Part shown: positions 8,484 through 18,144 of the stretch, one piece after another
How positions within the stretch are numbered: position 1 is the stretch's first letter
How the letters are laid out: every line of letters starts with the position of its first letter
Source of the DNA: an uncultured Eubacteriales bacterium
Lineage (GTDB): Bacteria; Bacillota; Clostridia; Oscillospirales; UBA644
Direction of reading: 5' to 3'
Assembly (NCBI GenBank): GCA_934438175.1
Contig: CAKSBH010000002.1
Coordinates: 156,780 to 220,779, forward strand
DNA length: 64,000 nt
Notes under the pieces: generated by a model
Told to the model about the DNA's origin: nothing
What the model saw: only the letters and a program-made list of their open reading frames with translations
Databases searched by the model: none
Translations under genes and position numbers: made by a program

Positions 8484-10370
8484 ATGACGGTTCTCTGCGC
8501 GGAAAATCTTGCCAAATCCTACGGGTCCAGGGAAATTCTGCACGGTGTTTCCTTCAAGATCGGATCTTCGGACCGGGTTGGTATTGTCGGCACGAACGGA
8601 ACGGGAAAAACGACGCTTCTGCGACTGATTTCCGGAGAAGAAGAGCCGGATGCGGGAACGCTTGCCATGGAAAAGAACACCCGGCTTTCTTATATGCATC
8701 AGAATGCTGCCTATACCTCCGAAAAAACGGCGGTGGAAGAGGTGGAGGAGGTTTTTGAGGCGGTTCGTGCCGTTGAGCAGCGGCTGGAAGAGCTGAACCG
8801 GCGGTTGGAACGGGAGCATACGCCCGAGCTGATTGCGCGGCAATGCGAATGGAACGAACGGTTTCTGGATATGGGCGGGCTGACGTATCACGGCCGTTCC
8901 CGTTCGGCGCTTCTGGGGCTTGGACTGACGGAGGAAGAACTGGCATTGCCGGTCTCGGCTCTGAGCGGCGGGCAGCGCACCTGCGTTTTGCTGGCGAAGA
9001 TCCTTCTGTCCGGCGCTTCACTGATTCTGCTGGATGAGCCGACCAACCATCTGGACATCCGGGCAACGGAGTGGCTGGAGGACTATCTGGTCAATTATCC
9101 CGGAGCCGTTGTGGTTGTGAGCCACGATCGGTTCTTTCTTGATCGGGTCTGCGGACGGATTTTTGAGGTTGAGCATCATCGGCTGACGGTGTATAACGGG
9201 AACTATACTTATTATAAAGAAAAAAAAGCGTTCGACGCGGAAGCGCTTCGCCGGGATTATGAGAAGAAGACCGAAGAGATCCGCCGTATTGAAGCCATGA
9301 TCGAGCAGCAGCGGCGGTTCGGACAGGAGCGGAACTTCGTTACCATCCGCAGTAAGCAGCACGAGATCGACCGCATCCGGGAAACGCTGGTTGTGCCGGA
9401 AACGCCGCCGGCGGAGATCCGGTTCCGCTTCCGACCTGCCGGAAATCCGGGCAATGAGATTCTGAACGTGGAGCATCTTACGCTTGGCTTTCCGGGAAAA
9501 ACGCTGGCGCAGGATGTGAATCTGTACGTCCGCAAGGGGGAGAAGATCTTTCTGACCGGAGCCAACGGCTGCGGCAAAACAACGCTTCTTCGCCGTATTG
9601 TCAAAGGCGAAGATTCCGCAATCCGGCTTGGTGTCGGAGTCCGGATCGGATATTTTGAACAGACCGGCGCGGTTCTGGACGACGGAAAAACGATTTTCGA
9701 TACGCTGTCCGACACCTATCCTTCTATGACGAATACGGAGATCCGCTCGGCGCTGGGCACGTTTTTGTTCCGGGGCGACGATGTGTTCAAACGGGTTGGC
9801 GATCTGAGCGGCGGCGAGCGTGCCCGGGTTTCGTTGGCACTGCTGATGCTGTCGCAGACCAACTTCCTTGTTCTGGACGAGCCGACCAACCATCTGGATC
9901 TCGCGTCGAAGGAAATTCTGGAGTCCGCCCTGAAGGAATATCCGGGGACCCTTCTTGTGGTGAGCCACGACCGCTATTTTGTCAACCGTCTTGCCGACCG
10001 TATCTATTATTTTGACCGCGGCGGTATCCGGTGCCATGACGGCAATTATCTTTCCCTTCTGCAGACGCTTCGGGAAGAAGAGGCGGAAGCACCGAAGGCG
10101 GCAACGACGCCCGGTGCCGGGGTTCTGGCGTATCGGGCAAAAAAACAGGAGGACGCCCGCATCCGCAGAGAGAAAAAGCGGCTGGAAACGCTGGAGAAAA
10201 ACATTGCCGAAGCGGAAAGCCGCATCCGCGCGCTGGAGAATGCCCTGTGCGAAGAAGACGTGGCTTCGGATTACGGAAAGATTACCGAGATCTCCGGGCA
10301 GTTGGAGCGGGAAAAAACGGATCTTGCCGCATGGTATGCGGAATGGGAAACGCTTTGTGACGGTGAATGA
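8484..10370 (+). CDS. ABC-F family ATPase (two ABC domains, no TM domain)
   Basis: 628 aa. Walker A GTNGTGKTT and GANGCGKTT, signatures LSGGQ and LSGGE, charged linker and coiled-coil C-terminus. Confidence 0.9.
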   Translation: MTVLCAENLAKSYGSREILHGVSFKIGSSDRVGIVGTNGTGKTTLLRLISGEEEPDAGTLAMEKNTRLSYMHQNAAYTSEKTAVEEVEEVFEAVRAVEQRLEELNRRLEREHTPELIARQCEWNERFLDMGGLTYHGRSRSALLGLGLTEEELALPVSALSGGQRTCVLLAKILLSGASLILLDEPTNHLDIRATEWLEDYLVNYPGAVVVVSHDRFFLDRVCGRIFEVEHHRLTVYNGNYTYYKEKKAFDAEALRRDYEKKTEEIRRIEAMIEQQRRFGQERNFVTIRSKQHEIDRIRETLVVPETPPAEIRFRFRPAGNPGNEILNVEHLTLGFPGKTLAQDVNLYVRKGEKIFLTGANGCGKTTLLRRIVKGEDSAIRLGVGVRIGYFEQTGAVLDDGKTIFDTLSDTYPSMTNTEIRSALGTFLFRGDDVFKRVGDLSGGERARVSLALLMLSQTNFLVLDEPTNHLDLASKEILESALKEYPGTLLVVSHDRYFVNRLADRIYYFDRGGIRCHDGNYLSLLQTLREEEAEAPKAATTPGAGVLAYRAKKQEDARIRREKKRLETLEKNIAEAESRIRALENALCEEDVASDYGKITEISGQLEREKTDLAAWYAEWETLCDGE

Positions 10371-10604
10371 CGGTTTCTGCGCGGATGGCGAAATGTACGG
10401 AAATCCGAACTTTTTCGCATTGCCTGTCCCTTCTTTGGTACACCTGTATGCATCTCTGTTGGATGTGCACAAAAAAGAATTGTTTTTTTTGGTGATAACG
10501 CCCTCTTTTCAAATCGGGGATTTTGTGGTATCATTTTTATGTTATAGAGCAGACTTTTGCGGCTGTTTTTTTTATTTGTTAAATATGTATGGAGGTACTT
10601 GGCA

Positions 10605-11726
10605 GTGGCAAGCGTAGTATTCAAGGGCATCGGAAAGGTTTATCCGGGCGGCGTCCGTGCCGTTACGGATTTTAACCTGAAGGTAAAGGATAAAGAATTC
10701 ATCGTTTTGGTCGGCCCTTCCGGTTGCGGGAAGTCCACAACTCTTCGTATGATCGCCGGTCTGGAAGAAATTTCCGAAGGCGAACTTTACATTGACGACC
10801 GTGTGGTGAACGATATTCCGCCGAAGGACCGGGATATTGCCATGGTGTTTCAGAACTACGCCCTGTATCCTCATATGACCGTATATGAAAATATGGCATT
10901 CGGTCTGAAACTGAGAAAGTTCTCCAAAGAGGAAATCAAGCGCCGCGTGGAAGAGGCAGCCCGGATTCTGGACATCTCGCATCTTCTGGAAAGAAGACCG
11001 AAGGCGTTGTCCGGCGGTCAGAGACAGCGTGTTGCTCTCGGCCGCGCCATTGTGCGTGAACCGAAGGTGTTCCTGCTTGACGAGCCGTTGTCCAACCTGG
11101 ATGCAAAGCTGCGTGCACAGATGCGTACGGAGATTTCCAAGTTGCACCTGCGTCTGGGTACCACCTTCATCTATGTTACCCACGACCAGACCGAAGCCAT
11201 GACGATGGCGACCCGTATCGTTGTTATGAAGGACGGGTTCATTCAGCAGGTCGATACCCCGCAGAATCTTTACGATTTCCCCGTCAACCTGTTTGTTGCC
11301 GGCTTCATCGGCTCGCCGCAGATGAACTTCTTTGAGGCGAAGCTGACGAGAAAAGAGGACGACTTCTTCCTGAACTTCGGGGATAATGTTCTGAAGATTC
11401 CCCGTAAGAAGATTCGTACCGAATATTATGAAAACGTCATCAAGTACGGTGGTAAGATGGTCATTGTCGGTCTTCGTCCGGAAGCCATCCACGATGAGCC
11501 CCGCCTGCTTGAGGAGTTCAAGGATACCGTGATTACCGCCAATGTCGAAGTGACGGAAATGATGGGTTCCGAAACGTATCTCTTCCTGGATGTCAACGGC
11601 TGCAAGATGACCGGCCGCGTTGCTCCGACCACCACGGCGAAGCCGGGCGACACCATTCAGGTTGCGTTGGATCTTTCCAAACTGCACCTGTTTGACATCG
11701 ATACGGAAGAAACCATTATCAACTGA
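10605..11726 (+). CDS. msmX: sugar ABC transporter ATP-binding protein (MsmX/MalK/UgpC type), orphan
   Basis: GTG start 10605, in frame and after GGAGG at 10591. [23 protein letters not shown], and a C-terminal MalK-like regulatory domain. No permease genes adjacent. Confidence 0.88.
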   Translation: MASVVFKGIGKVYPGGVRAVTDFNLKVKDKEFIVLVGPSGCGKSTTLRMIAGLEEISEGELYIDDRVVNDIPPKDRDIAMVFQNYALYPHMTVYENMAFGLKLRKFSKEEIKRRVEEAARILDISHLLERRPKALSGGQRQRVALGRAIVREPKVFLLDEPLSNLDAKLRAQMRTEISKLHLRLGTTFIYVTHDQTEAMTMATRIVVMKDGFIQQVDTPQNLYDFPVNLFVAGFIGSPQMNFFEAKLTRKEDDFFLNFGDNVLKIPRKKIRTEYYENVIKYGGKMVIVGLRPEAIHDEPRLLEEFKDTVITANVEVTEMMGSETYLFLDVNGCKMTGRVAPTTTAKPGDTIQVALDLSKLHLFDIDTEETIIN

Positions 11727-11784
11727 GTATTTGAGATCCCGGGAAAGTTTTTACGATGCGCAAAACAACAAGCTGAATTTGATA

Positions 11785-11831
11785 AGAGGAATGGTCCAAT
11801 CGGGTATTGGGTCATTCCTCTGTATGCTTTT
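11785..11831 (+). terminator. intrinsic terminator after msmX-like gene
   Basis: AGAGGAATG..CCAAT-loop-ATTGG..CATTCCTCT hairpin (11785-11821), then GTATGCTTTTT. Confidence 0.65.
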
Positions 11832-11857
11832 TAACCGGAAAAAGGGGGGCGTAAGGG

Positions 11858-12340
11858 GTGTCCACAGGCGTATCTTTTGTCAAAGTCCTGCCGGAATATC
11901 TTGCGTATCTCCGTGGTCTGGTATGTCGGTTTCCCTCGCATCATCGGGAGGATTTGGAGCAGGAGGGCTGGATCGGACTGTTCCGCGCGTGTGAAACATA
12001 CGACCGTTCCAAGGGCGTTCCGTTTGACGCGTACGCGAAATCCTGCATCCGCAACCGCATTCTGACGGCATACCGCCGGCTGAAAAAAGATGATGTCACC
12101 GAAGAATTGAACGAAGAAATCACGGCCGGAGCAACCTCCGGGGATGCCGAAGCCGCGAACATGTTTTTTGATGAGCTGCGCAGCTCTCTGACGGATCTGG
12201 AACGCCGGGTTCTGGATGAATATCTTGCCGACCGCAAATACAGCGAGATTGCGGAGACGCTGCATATCAGCGTCAAACAGGTGGACAATGCGCTTTCCCG
12301 GATCAAGCGCAAAATACGTCTCCGGTACGGAGAATTCTGA
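11858..12340 (+). CDS. small sigma-70 family RNA polymerase sigma factor (regions 2 and 4 only)
   Basis: 160 aa, GTG start. Region 2 DLEQEGWIGLFRACETYD...FDAYAKSCIRNRI. Region 4 HTH YSEIAETLHISVKQVDNALSRIKRKI. Confidence 0.8.
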   Translation: MSTGVSFVKVLPEYLAYLRGLVCRFPSHHREDLEQEGWIGLFRACETYDRSKGVPFDAYAKSCIRNRILTAYRRLKKDDVTEELNEEITAGATSGDAEAANMFFDELRSSLTDLERRVLDEYLADRKYSEIAETLHISVKQVDNALSRIKRKIRLRYGEF

Positions 12341-12559
12341 TGTTTATATGCCCTGCAAAATAGGCGCCCACAAGTTTTCATTCCTCTGCGGAAACATTCT
12401 TTCCAGGCGAAGCTTCCTTTGCCTTCCGACCGCGCACAGGTCGGGGGCTCGGACGTCACGGAAAACCGATGCAACCGGACAGGTGAAGGGATTTCGGCGA
12501 ACCGGTGTGATTCCGGTCATGGGCTTAGAAAAATTTACTTAAAGAGAGGTCTCCTTAAC

Positions 12560-12838
12560 ATGTTTGAAGATAAGGAACTGGTTTGCCAGGACTGCGGCAA
12601 AACTTTCGTTTTCACGGCGAAAGAGCAGGAATTTTATGCGGAAAAAGGTTTCCAGAACGAGCCGAAGCGCTGCAAAGAGTGCCGCGCTGCCAAGAAAGCT
12701 GCCGGCAAAGGCACGAGAGAGTATTTTGAAACGACTTGCTCGATGTGCGGCGGCGTAGCCAAGGTTCCGTTCCAGCCCAAAGGCGACAAACCGGTGTACT
12801 GCAGCGACTGCTTCGCAAAGCTGAAGAGCCAGGAATAA
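12560..12838 (+). CDS. zinc-ribbon protein with four CxxC motifs
   Basis: Start ATG 12560 after AGAGAGG. 92 aa carrying CQDC, CKEC, CSMC and CSDC. Belongs to a widespread small zinc-ribbon family of unknown role. Confidence 0.8.
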   Translation: MFEDKELVCQDCGKTFVFTAKEQEFYAEKGFQNEPKRCKECRAAKKAAGKGTREYFETTCSMCGGVAKVPFQPKGDKPVYCSDCFAKLKSQE

Positions 12839-12898
12839 GCCCTTTCCGGAAACGGAGGAATGAGGACGGTCGTGTGCGGATCGTTGTCATAAAAGCAT

Positions 12899-12931
12899 CC
12901 GCAGGACTGAAAAGTCCTGCGGTTTTTATTT
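12899..12931 (+). terminator. intrinsic terminator
   Basis: CCGCAGGACT (12899-12908), GAAA loop, AGTCCTGCGG (12913-12922), then TTTTTATTT. Confidence 0.85.
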
Positions 12932-12986
12932 GAAATCCCGGCGGCAGGAGAAATCCCGCCGGGCAGGGAGAGAGGAAAACGATGAT

Positions 12987-14090
12987 ATGAAGATTCTGGT
13001 TGCGCCGGATTCGTTCAAGGGCACTTTGAGTGCTGCCGAGATTTGCGGCATTGCGCGGGAGGCGCTGAAACGGAGAGATCCTCTTGCCGAGGTCGTTGAG
13101 ATTCCGATCGCCGACGGCGGTGAGGGAACGGTGGCGTGTTTTCACCGGGCACTTCCGGGGTCTGTTTTGCGGTCATATCCAGTGAGGGATCTGTATTTTC
13201 GTCCGGTCACGGCGACGGTCTGCTTTGACGGGACGACGGCGATTCTGGAGACGGCGTCCGTCGCGGGGCTGGACCCGCTTCGCCCGGATGTCGCCGATGC
13301 GTCCACCGTGGGGGTTGGGGAACTGATCCGCCATGTGTTGGACGACGGGGCGAAAACGGTGATTCTCGGGCTGGGCGGAAGCGGAACAAACGATGGCGGA
13401 ATCGGCATGGCAACGGCTCTCGGCGCACGGTTTACCGATGCGGACGGAACCCCCGTTTCTCCGACGGGGAAGGGGCTTCTTTCGGTTTCGCATGCCGATT
13501 TTTCCGGATTGGATGCCCGGATACGGACGTGCCGGTTTCTGGCTGCCTGCGATGTGAAGAACCCGCTGTACGGCATAAACGGGGCTGCGTTTGTGTTTGC
13601 CGGACAGAAAGGGGCGGATGCCCGGGAAATCCGTGAACTGGACGCGGGATTGCGGCGTCTGGCGGAGGTGGTTTTCCGGGATCTTGGCGCAGAAATGAAC
13701 CGTGCGGACGGCTCCGGTGCCGCAGGCGGTCTCGGCGCGGCGGTGCGCTGCTTCCTGGGCGGAGAATTGATGCCGGGAATTGAATGGATGCTGAAGACCG
13801 TGCGCTTTGAACAGCGGGTGCGGGATGCCGATGCGGTTCTGACCGGAGAGGGTTGCGTGGATCGGCAGACGCTGGAGGGAAAGGTTCCGTTCGGCGTGGC
13901 GGCACTTGCCGCAAAATACGGAAAGCCGGTGATCTGCCTGTGCGGAAAACGGGGAGACGGCTGGGAAGAATTGCTGAATCACGGCGTCAGCCGTGTGGTG
14001 TGCATCAATCCGGAGGGAACGGATTGGGAAACGGCACAGAGCCGATGCCGGGAAAATTTGTTTGATACGGTGTCTTCTCTTGCATTTTAA
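12987..14090 (+). CDS. glxK: glycerate kinase
   Basis: Start ATG 12987 (MKILVAPDSFKGTLSA, the canonical N-terminus). Glycerate kinase family sequence throughout. Confidence 0.9.
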   Translation: MKILVAPDSFKGTLSAAEICGIAREALKRRDPLAEVVEIPIADGGEGTVACFHRALPGSVLRSYPVRDLYFRPVTATVCFDGTTAILETASVAGLDPLRPDVADASTVGVGELIRHVLDDGAKTVILGLGGSGTNDGGIGMATALGARFTDADGTPVSPTGKGLLSVSHADFSGLDARIRTCRFLAACDVKNPLYGINGAAFVFAGQKGADAREIRELDAGLRRLAEVVFRDLGAEMNRADGSGAAGGLGAAVRCFLGGELMPGIEWMLKTVRFEQRVRDADAVLTGEGCVDRQTLEGKVPFGVAALAAKYGKPVICLCGKRGDGWEELLNHGVSRVVCINPEGTDWETAQSRCRENLFDTVSSLAF

Positions 14091-14140
14091 CGTGATTTTT
14101 GCTATAATAATCGGGAAAAGAACCGAAGGGAGATCCGAGA

Positions 14141-15400
14141 ATGTTTGAATTTCGGGAAGCCGATGTGAAGGAAGCCGGCGCATTCGGCGCGGCAAACGGG
14201 ATTTTCTGGCAGACGGCGGAATGGGCAAAGTTCCGCAGTGTGTTTCGTCCGGTCGGATTTGTGGGAACGGAGAACGGAAAAACCGTTCTGTCCTGTGTGA
14301 TGCTTTTGCTTCCGACGTATCTAACACGCTGGTCGGTCGGATACATTCCCCGCGGTTTTGTGTGTGATTATACCAATCGTCCGCTGGTGACAGCATTTAC
14401 GGAATATCTGAAGGCGTATCTGAAAAAACGCCATGTCGCCTATGTGGTGACGGATCCTCAGTGCGACTACCGGGTGGATTTCGAAGTGTGCGAAACGGAT
14501 ACCCGGGCGCTTCTGGAGGGGCTTGGGTATGAGAGAAACAACGGCCCCATGCTGAACCCCCGCACCAACTATCGGCTGCCGGTGGGGATTCTTCCGGATG
14601 CGGAGGAGGAAAAGAAGCGGCTGTATTCGCATTTTTCCAAGCGGCTGCAGGGCAATATTTCCACAACGCTGGCACGGGGTGTGACGGTAGAGCGCTGCCG
14701 GGGAGATCGTCTTCCGGAAGCGGTGGAGGAGTTTTACCGGCTTCTGACCGTAACGACGGAGATGAAGGGGTTCGGCCGCCGTACGGGGGACTATTACCGC
14801 CGGATGGCGCGTGATCTGGCGCCCTATGTGACCATTTACCTGTACTGGTATCATCGGGATGCGGATCTGGCGCGGCTGGAACCGGAAATCGCTGCGCTGG
14901 AGAAGCGGATGACGGAGCTTTGCCGGGAACTGGATGCTCCGGAAACGCCGCAGCCCAGAAAGGACCGTGTGGAAAAGGAGCGCAGAGAAACGGAAAAACA
15001 GTTGGTTGCGGCACGTAAGCACCGGGATATTGCCGCAAAGCTGCCGGAGCAGGTGTGTATTTCCGCGCATTTCTTTCTGCATGCCGGGAAGCAGACGTAC
15101 GTTCTGTTCGGCGGGAACGACCCGCTGATGCGGGAGCTGAAGCTGACCTCCACGTATTGGGATATGATCTGCGACACCGTGGATGCGGGCGCCGAGGTGT
15201 TCAACATGGGGGGGACGCTGAAGCTGGATTCCGAGGATGTCCGGCAGGATTCCGAATACAATCTGTATCAGTACAAAAAGCAGTACGACGGAGAACTTTC
15301 CGAGATGCCGGGCGAATATTTCCTGGTGGAGAACCGTCGGATGTTCCGGCTGCTGGAGTATAAGCTCCGCTATTTCCGCCGGGTGGTGTTCCGCTTCTGA
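14141..15400 (+). CDS. FemAB-family peptidoglycan interpeptide-bridge aminoacyltransferase
   Basis: 419 aa. FemAB-like two-lobed GNAT architecture with a central coiled-coil insert (LARLEPEIAALEKRMTELCRELD...). Confidence 0.75.
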   Translation: MFEFREADVKEAGAFGAANGIFWQTAEWAKFRSVFRPVGFVGTENGKTVLSCVMLLLPTYLTRWSVGYIPRGFVCDYTNRPLVTAFTEYLKAYLKKRHVAYVVTDPQCDYRVDFEVCETDTRALLEGLGYERNNGPMLNPRTNYRLPVGILPDAEEEKKRLYSHFSKRLQGNISTTLARGVTVERCRGDRLPEAVEEFYRLLTVTTEMKGFGRRTGDYYRRMARDLAPYVTIYLYWYHRDADLARLEPEIAALEKRMTELCRELDAPETPQPRKDRVEKERRETEKQLVAARKHRDIAAKLPEQVCISAHFFLHAGKQTYVLFGGNDPLMRELKLTSTYWDMICDTVDAGAEVFNMGGTLKLDSEDVRQDSEYNLYQYKKQYDGELSEMPGEYFLVENRRMFRLLEYKLRYFRRVVFRF

Positions 15401-16086
15401 TGGGGCGGCGGCTGGATGAGACGCTGGCGAATGCCGGGATCGGCTCGCGGGCGGATGTGCGGAAAAAGATTTTGTCCGGGCGGGTCTGCGTCAACGGTAT
15501 CCCGGTCCGGAAGCCGGATGCCCGTGTGGAGAGCGGAGACGTTCTGACGCTGGACGGGGAGGAAGTTCCGGCGGAACGTTATGTTTATCTTGCCATGAAC
15601 AAGCCGGTGGGGTATGTCAGCTCAACGGTTGGTGCAGACAGTCTGCTCGTGCTTGTGCCGGAACGGTATCGCCGCCGGGATCTTGCCTGCGCGGGGCGGC
15701 TGGACAAGGACACGTCGGGTTTGATTCTGCTGACCAACGACGGTGCGTTTGCTCATCGGGTAATCAGCCCGCGGCGGCATGTGGAAAAGACGTACGTTGC
15801 CGTATTGGAGCGGGAAATTACGGACAGTGACCGGGATCGGTTTGCCGCAGGGATGACGCTGCGGGACGGTTTGCGGACAATGCCGGCGAAACTGGAGCGG
15901 ACGGACCTGCCGGATACGGTGCGGGTGACGATCTGCGAGGGAAAATATCATGAGGTGCGGCGGATGTTTGCTGCTACCGGAAATTTTGTGAAAGAACTGA
16001 AGCGAATTGCCGTCGGCAGCGTTGTTCTGGACATCGCCGAGGGAGAGGTCCGTTGTCTGACCGAACAGGAAATTCGCGCTTTTTGA
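15400..16086 (+). CDS. rsuA: pseudouridine synthase, RsuA/RluB family (S4 domain + catalytic domain)
   Basis: ATG overlaps the preceding stop (TGATG). N-terminal S4 domain and catalytic motif GRLDKDTSGLILLTNDG. Confidence 0.85.
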   Translation: MGRRLDETLANAGIGSRADVRKKILSGRVCVNGIPVRKPDARVESGDVLTLDGEEVPAERYVYLAMNKPVGYVSSTVGADSLLVLVPERYRRRDLACAGRLDKDTSGLILLTNDGAFAHRVISPRRHVEKTYVAVLEREITDSDRDRFAAGMTLRDGLRTMPAKLERTDLPDTVRVTICEGKYHEVRRMFAATGNFVKELKRIAVGSVVLDIAEGEVRCLTEQEIRAF

Positions 16087-16099
16087 GGAGGATTTGGAA

Positions 16100-17164
16100 A
16101 TGAAACCGGAAAAATGCCGGGTGGCGCTAATCGGCTACGGAGGCATGGCGCATTGGCACGGCCGCCTTCTGAAAACGATGCCCGATGAATTTGAAGTGGT
16201 GGGGGCTTACGATATTGACCCGGATGCCTGCCGCCGTTTTGAGGAGGATTTCGGTATTCCTGCCTATCCGTCCATTGAGGCGTTGTGGCAGGATCCCCGT
16301 CCGGAGGTCTGTCTGGTTGCCGTACCGAACGACCTGCACCGGGATCTGGTGATCGGTACGCTGGAGCACGGGAAGGCAGCGGTCTGCGAAAAACCCGTGA
16401 CGCTTTCTTCCGGGGATCTGGAAGAGATGATTGCCGCCTCCGAGCGCACGGGATGCCTGTTTACGGTGCATCAGAACCGGCGCTGGGATGAGGATTACCG
16501 CACGGTCAGAAGGATCTGTGAGGAAAATCTGCTGGGCAAGGTGTTCAACGTCGAATCCCGTGTACACGGCTCCCGCGGAATTCCCGGAGACTGGCGCAAT
16601 ACGCCGGAACACGGCGGCGGGATGATCTACGACTGGGGCATCCATCTGTTTGATCAGATTCTGATGCTTACCGGCGGGAAGAAAATTGTGAGCGTTTATT
16701 GCGATCTGACGCATGTGACCAACGATGCCGTGGATGACGGGTTCAAGGCGCTTCTCCGGTTTGAGGACGGACTGCGCGCGCACATCGAGGTAGGGACTTC
16801 CAATTTTGTGGAATTGCCGCGCTGGTATGTGCAGGGAGAGAACGGAACGGCTGTGGTGGAAGACTGGGCGTTGCACGGAAGAATCGTGAAGGTGCGGGAT
16901 TGGGAGAATCGGGATGCCGTGCCGGTCGTTACGGCGGCGGGACTGACGAAAACCATGGCTCCCCGTACGGATGAGACCATTTCCGAGCAGCCGCTTCCGA
17001 CAGTTCATGCCGATATTCACGATTATTGGCGCAACATCCGTGATGTTCTGAACGGAACGGCGACCCCGTTTGTGACGCATGAGCAGTTGCGGAGATCGAT
17101 GAAACTGATGGAAGCATGCTTCCTTTCGGCGCGGGAAAATCAGGTGGTGAAGACATCGATATGA
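16100..17164 (+). CDS. Gfo/Idh/MocA family oxidoreductase
   Basis: ATG 16100 lies 8 nt after GAGGAGG; the track's TTG 16094 is too close to the SD. Rossmann N-terminus VALIGYGGMAHWH and motif EKPV. Confidence 0.85.
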   Translation: MKPEKCRVALIGYGGMAHWHGRLLKTMPDEFEVVGAYDIDPDACRRFEEDFGIPAYPSIEALWQDPRPEVCLVAVPNDLHRDLVIGTLEHGKAAVCEKPVTLSSGDLEEMIAASERTGCLFTVHQNRRWDEDYRTVRRICEENLLGKVFNVESRVHGSRGIPGDWRNTPEHGGGMIYDWGIHLFDQILMLTGGKKIVSVYCDLTHVTNDAVDDGFKALLRFEDGLRAHIEVGTSNFVELPRWYVQGENGTAVVEDWALHGRIVKVRDWENRDAVPVVTAAGLTKTMAPRTDETISEQPLPTVHADIHDYWRNIRDVLNGTATPFVTHEQLRRSMKLMEACFLSARENQVVKTSI

Positions 17165-17307
17165 GTGCGGTTTTTCTTTTGGAGCGCATTGTCGCCAAGC
17201 CGCCGTCTTCTGCCGATTATTATAAGCCGCTGATTACGCTTGCCGTTGTGGGAGTGTTGCTGCTGTTGGCGGTTTCTGCCGTTGTTCTGATCCGGAGACG
17301 AAAATAA
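17161..17307 (+). CDS. possible small tail-anchored membrane peptide (48 aa)
   Basis: ATG overlaps the upstream stop (ATGA). One C-terminal TM helix (LITLAVVGVLLLLAVSAVVLI) followed by RRRK. No recognisable family. Confidence 0.4.
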   Translation: MSAVFLLERIVAKPPSSADYYKPLITLAVVGVLLLLAVSAVVLIRRRK

Positions 17308-17312
17308 AGCAA

Positions 17313-17343
17313 GAAGCACACCGTCTGAACGGTGTGCTTCTTT
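17313..17343. terminator. bidirectional terminator
   Basis: GAAGCACACCG (17313-17323) / CGGTGTGCTTC (17330-17340). T-rich on both sides depending on the strand read. Confidence 0.75.
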
Positions 17344-17377
17344 GAGGGGAAGGATTGGGGGTATAAAAAGAGGAGGA

Positions 17378-17896
17378 TTATTCGGTTTCAATCAGTCCGT
17401 AGTCGCCGTTCCGGCGGCGGTACAGAACGGCAACCCGTTCGTCCGCGGTGCGGAAAATGAAGAAGTCGTGCCCCAGCAGATTCATCTGCAGAATGGCTTC
17501 CTCCGGGCTCATCGGCTTTGCTGAGACGGTTTTGCTGCGGACGATGCGGTAAGAGTCTTCCGGCTCGTTTTCGACAGGAGAATCGAAGACAAAACTGCTG
17601 TCCTTCAGACGTTTGGAAAGCTTGGTTTTGTGCTTGCGGATCTGGCGGATGAGAAGATCCACAATGTCGTCGATGCAATATTTGAAATCCGTATCCGTTG
17701 CCTGGGCACGGAAGATCAGCCCGCCGTAATCCACCGTAACTTCCACGGTGAAGCGATCTTCTTTTTCGTAGGTGAAAACCACATGGACAACGCAGTCGCC
17801 TTCAAAGAATTTTTCCAGTTTTTTGAATTTCTTTTCCGTGTAGGCCTTGGTGTCATCCCGAACCGTGCAGCGTCTTGATACATACTGGTACGTCAT
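17378..17896 (-). CDS. hpf: ribosome hibernation promoting factor, long form
   Basis: Start ATG 17896 (MTYQYVSRR...) after GGAGTG. S30AE/HPF N-domain plus C-terminal dimerisation domain (KPMSPEEAILQMNLLGHDFFIF). Confidence 0.92.
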   Translation of the reverse strand: MTYQYVSRRCTVRDDTKAYTEKKFKKLEKFFEGDCVVHVVFTYEKEDRFTVEVTVDYGGLIFRAQATDTDFKYCIDDIVDLLIRQIRKHKTKLSKRLKDSSFVFDSPVENEPEDSYRIVRSKTVSAKPMSPEEAILQMNLLGHDFFIFRTADERVAVLYRRRNGDYGLIETE

Positions 17897-18057
17897 CTTG
17901 TGTTCACTCCTTGTTCGTTTTTTTGAGAGAAGCGGTGTTCTCTTTCTACTTTTATTATACCATAAAAACAGCGGAAAAGAAAGGAATTTCTTTCGGCACG
18001 AATTGAGAAAATGCGGCACGTTTTTTAGCCAGTTGTGCCAATCTTTGAAAAAGGGGC

Positions 18058-18120
18058 TTTACAAGGCAGCGAAAGTTTGATATAATAAAAGAGCGGGTGC
18101 GAAAAATGCACCCGTTTTTT
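18058..18120 (+). promoter_or_regulatory. promoter followed immediately by a terminator-like hairpin (leader of the HAD-patatin pair)
   Basis: TTTACA (18058-18063), 17-nt spacer, TATAAT (18081-18086). Then CGGGTGC (18094-18100) / GCACCCG (18108-18114) plus T6 (18115-18120). Confidence 0.45.
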
Positions 18121-18144
18121 GATAAGAACAAAGGAGACGTGCTC

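Noticed and set aside
12216-12542. 108-aa plus-strand ORF spanning the sigma-factor 3' end and the spacer before the zinc-ribbon gene.
   Set aside because: It overlaps the sigma gene out of frame. It has no SD and an Arg/Ser-rich composition, so it is probably a shadow frame over a structured UTR.
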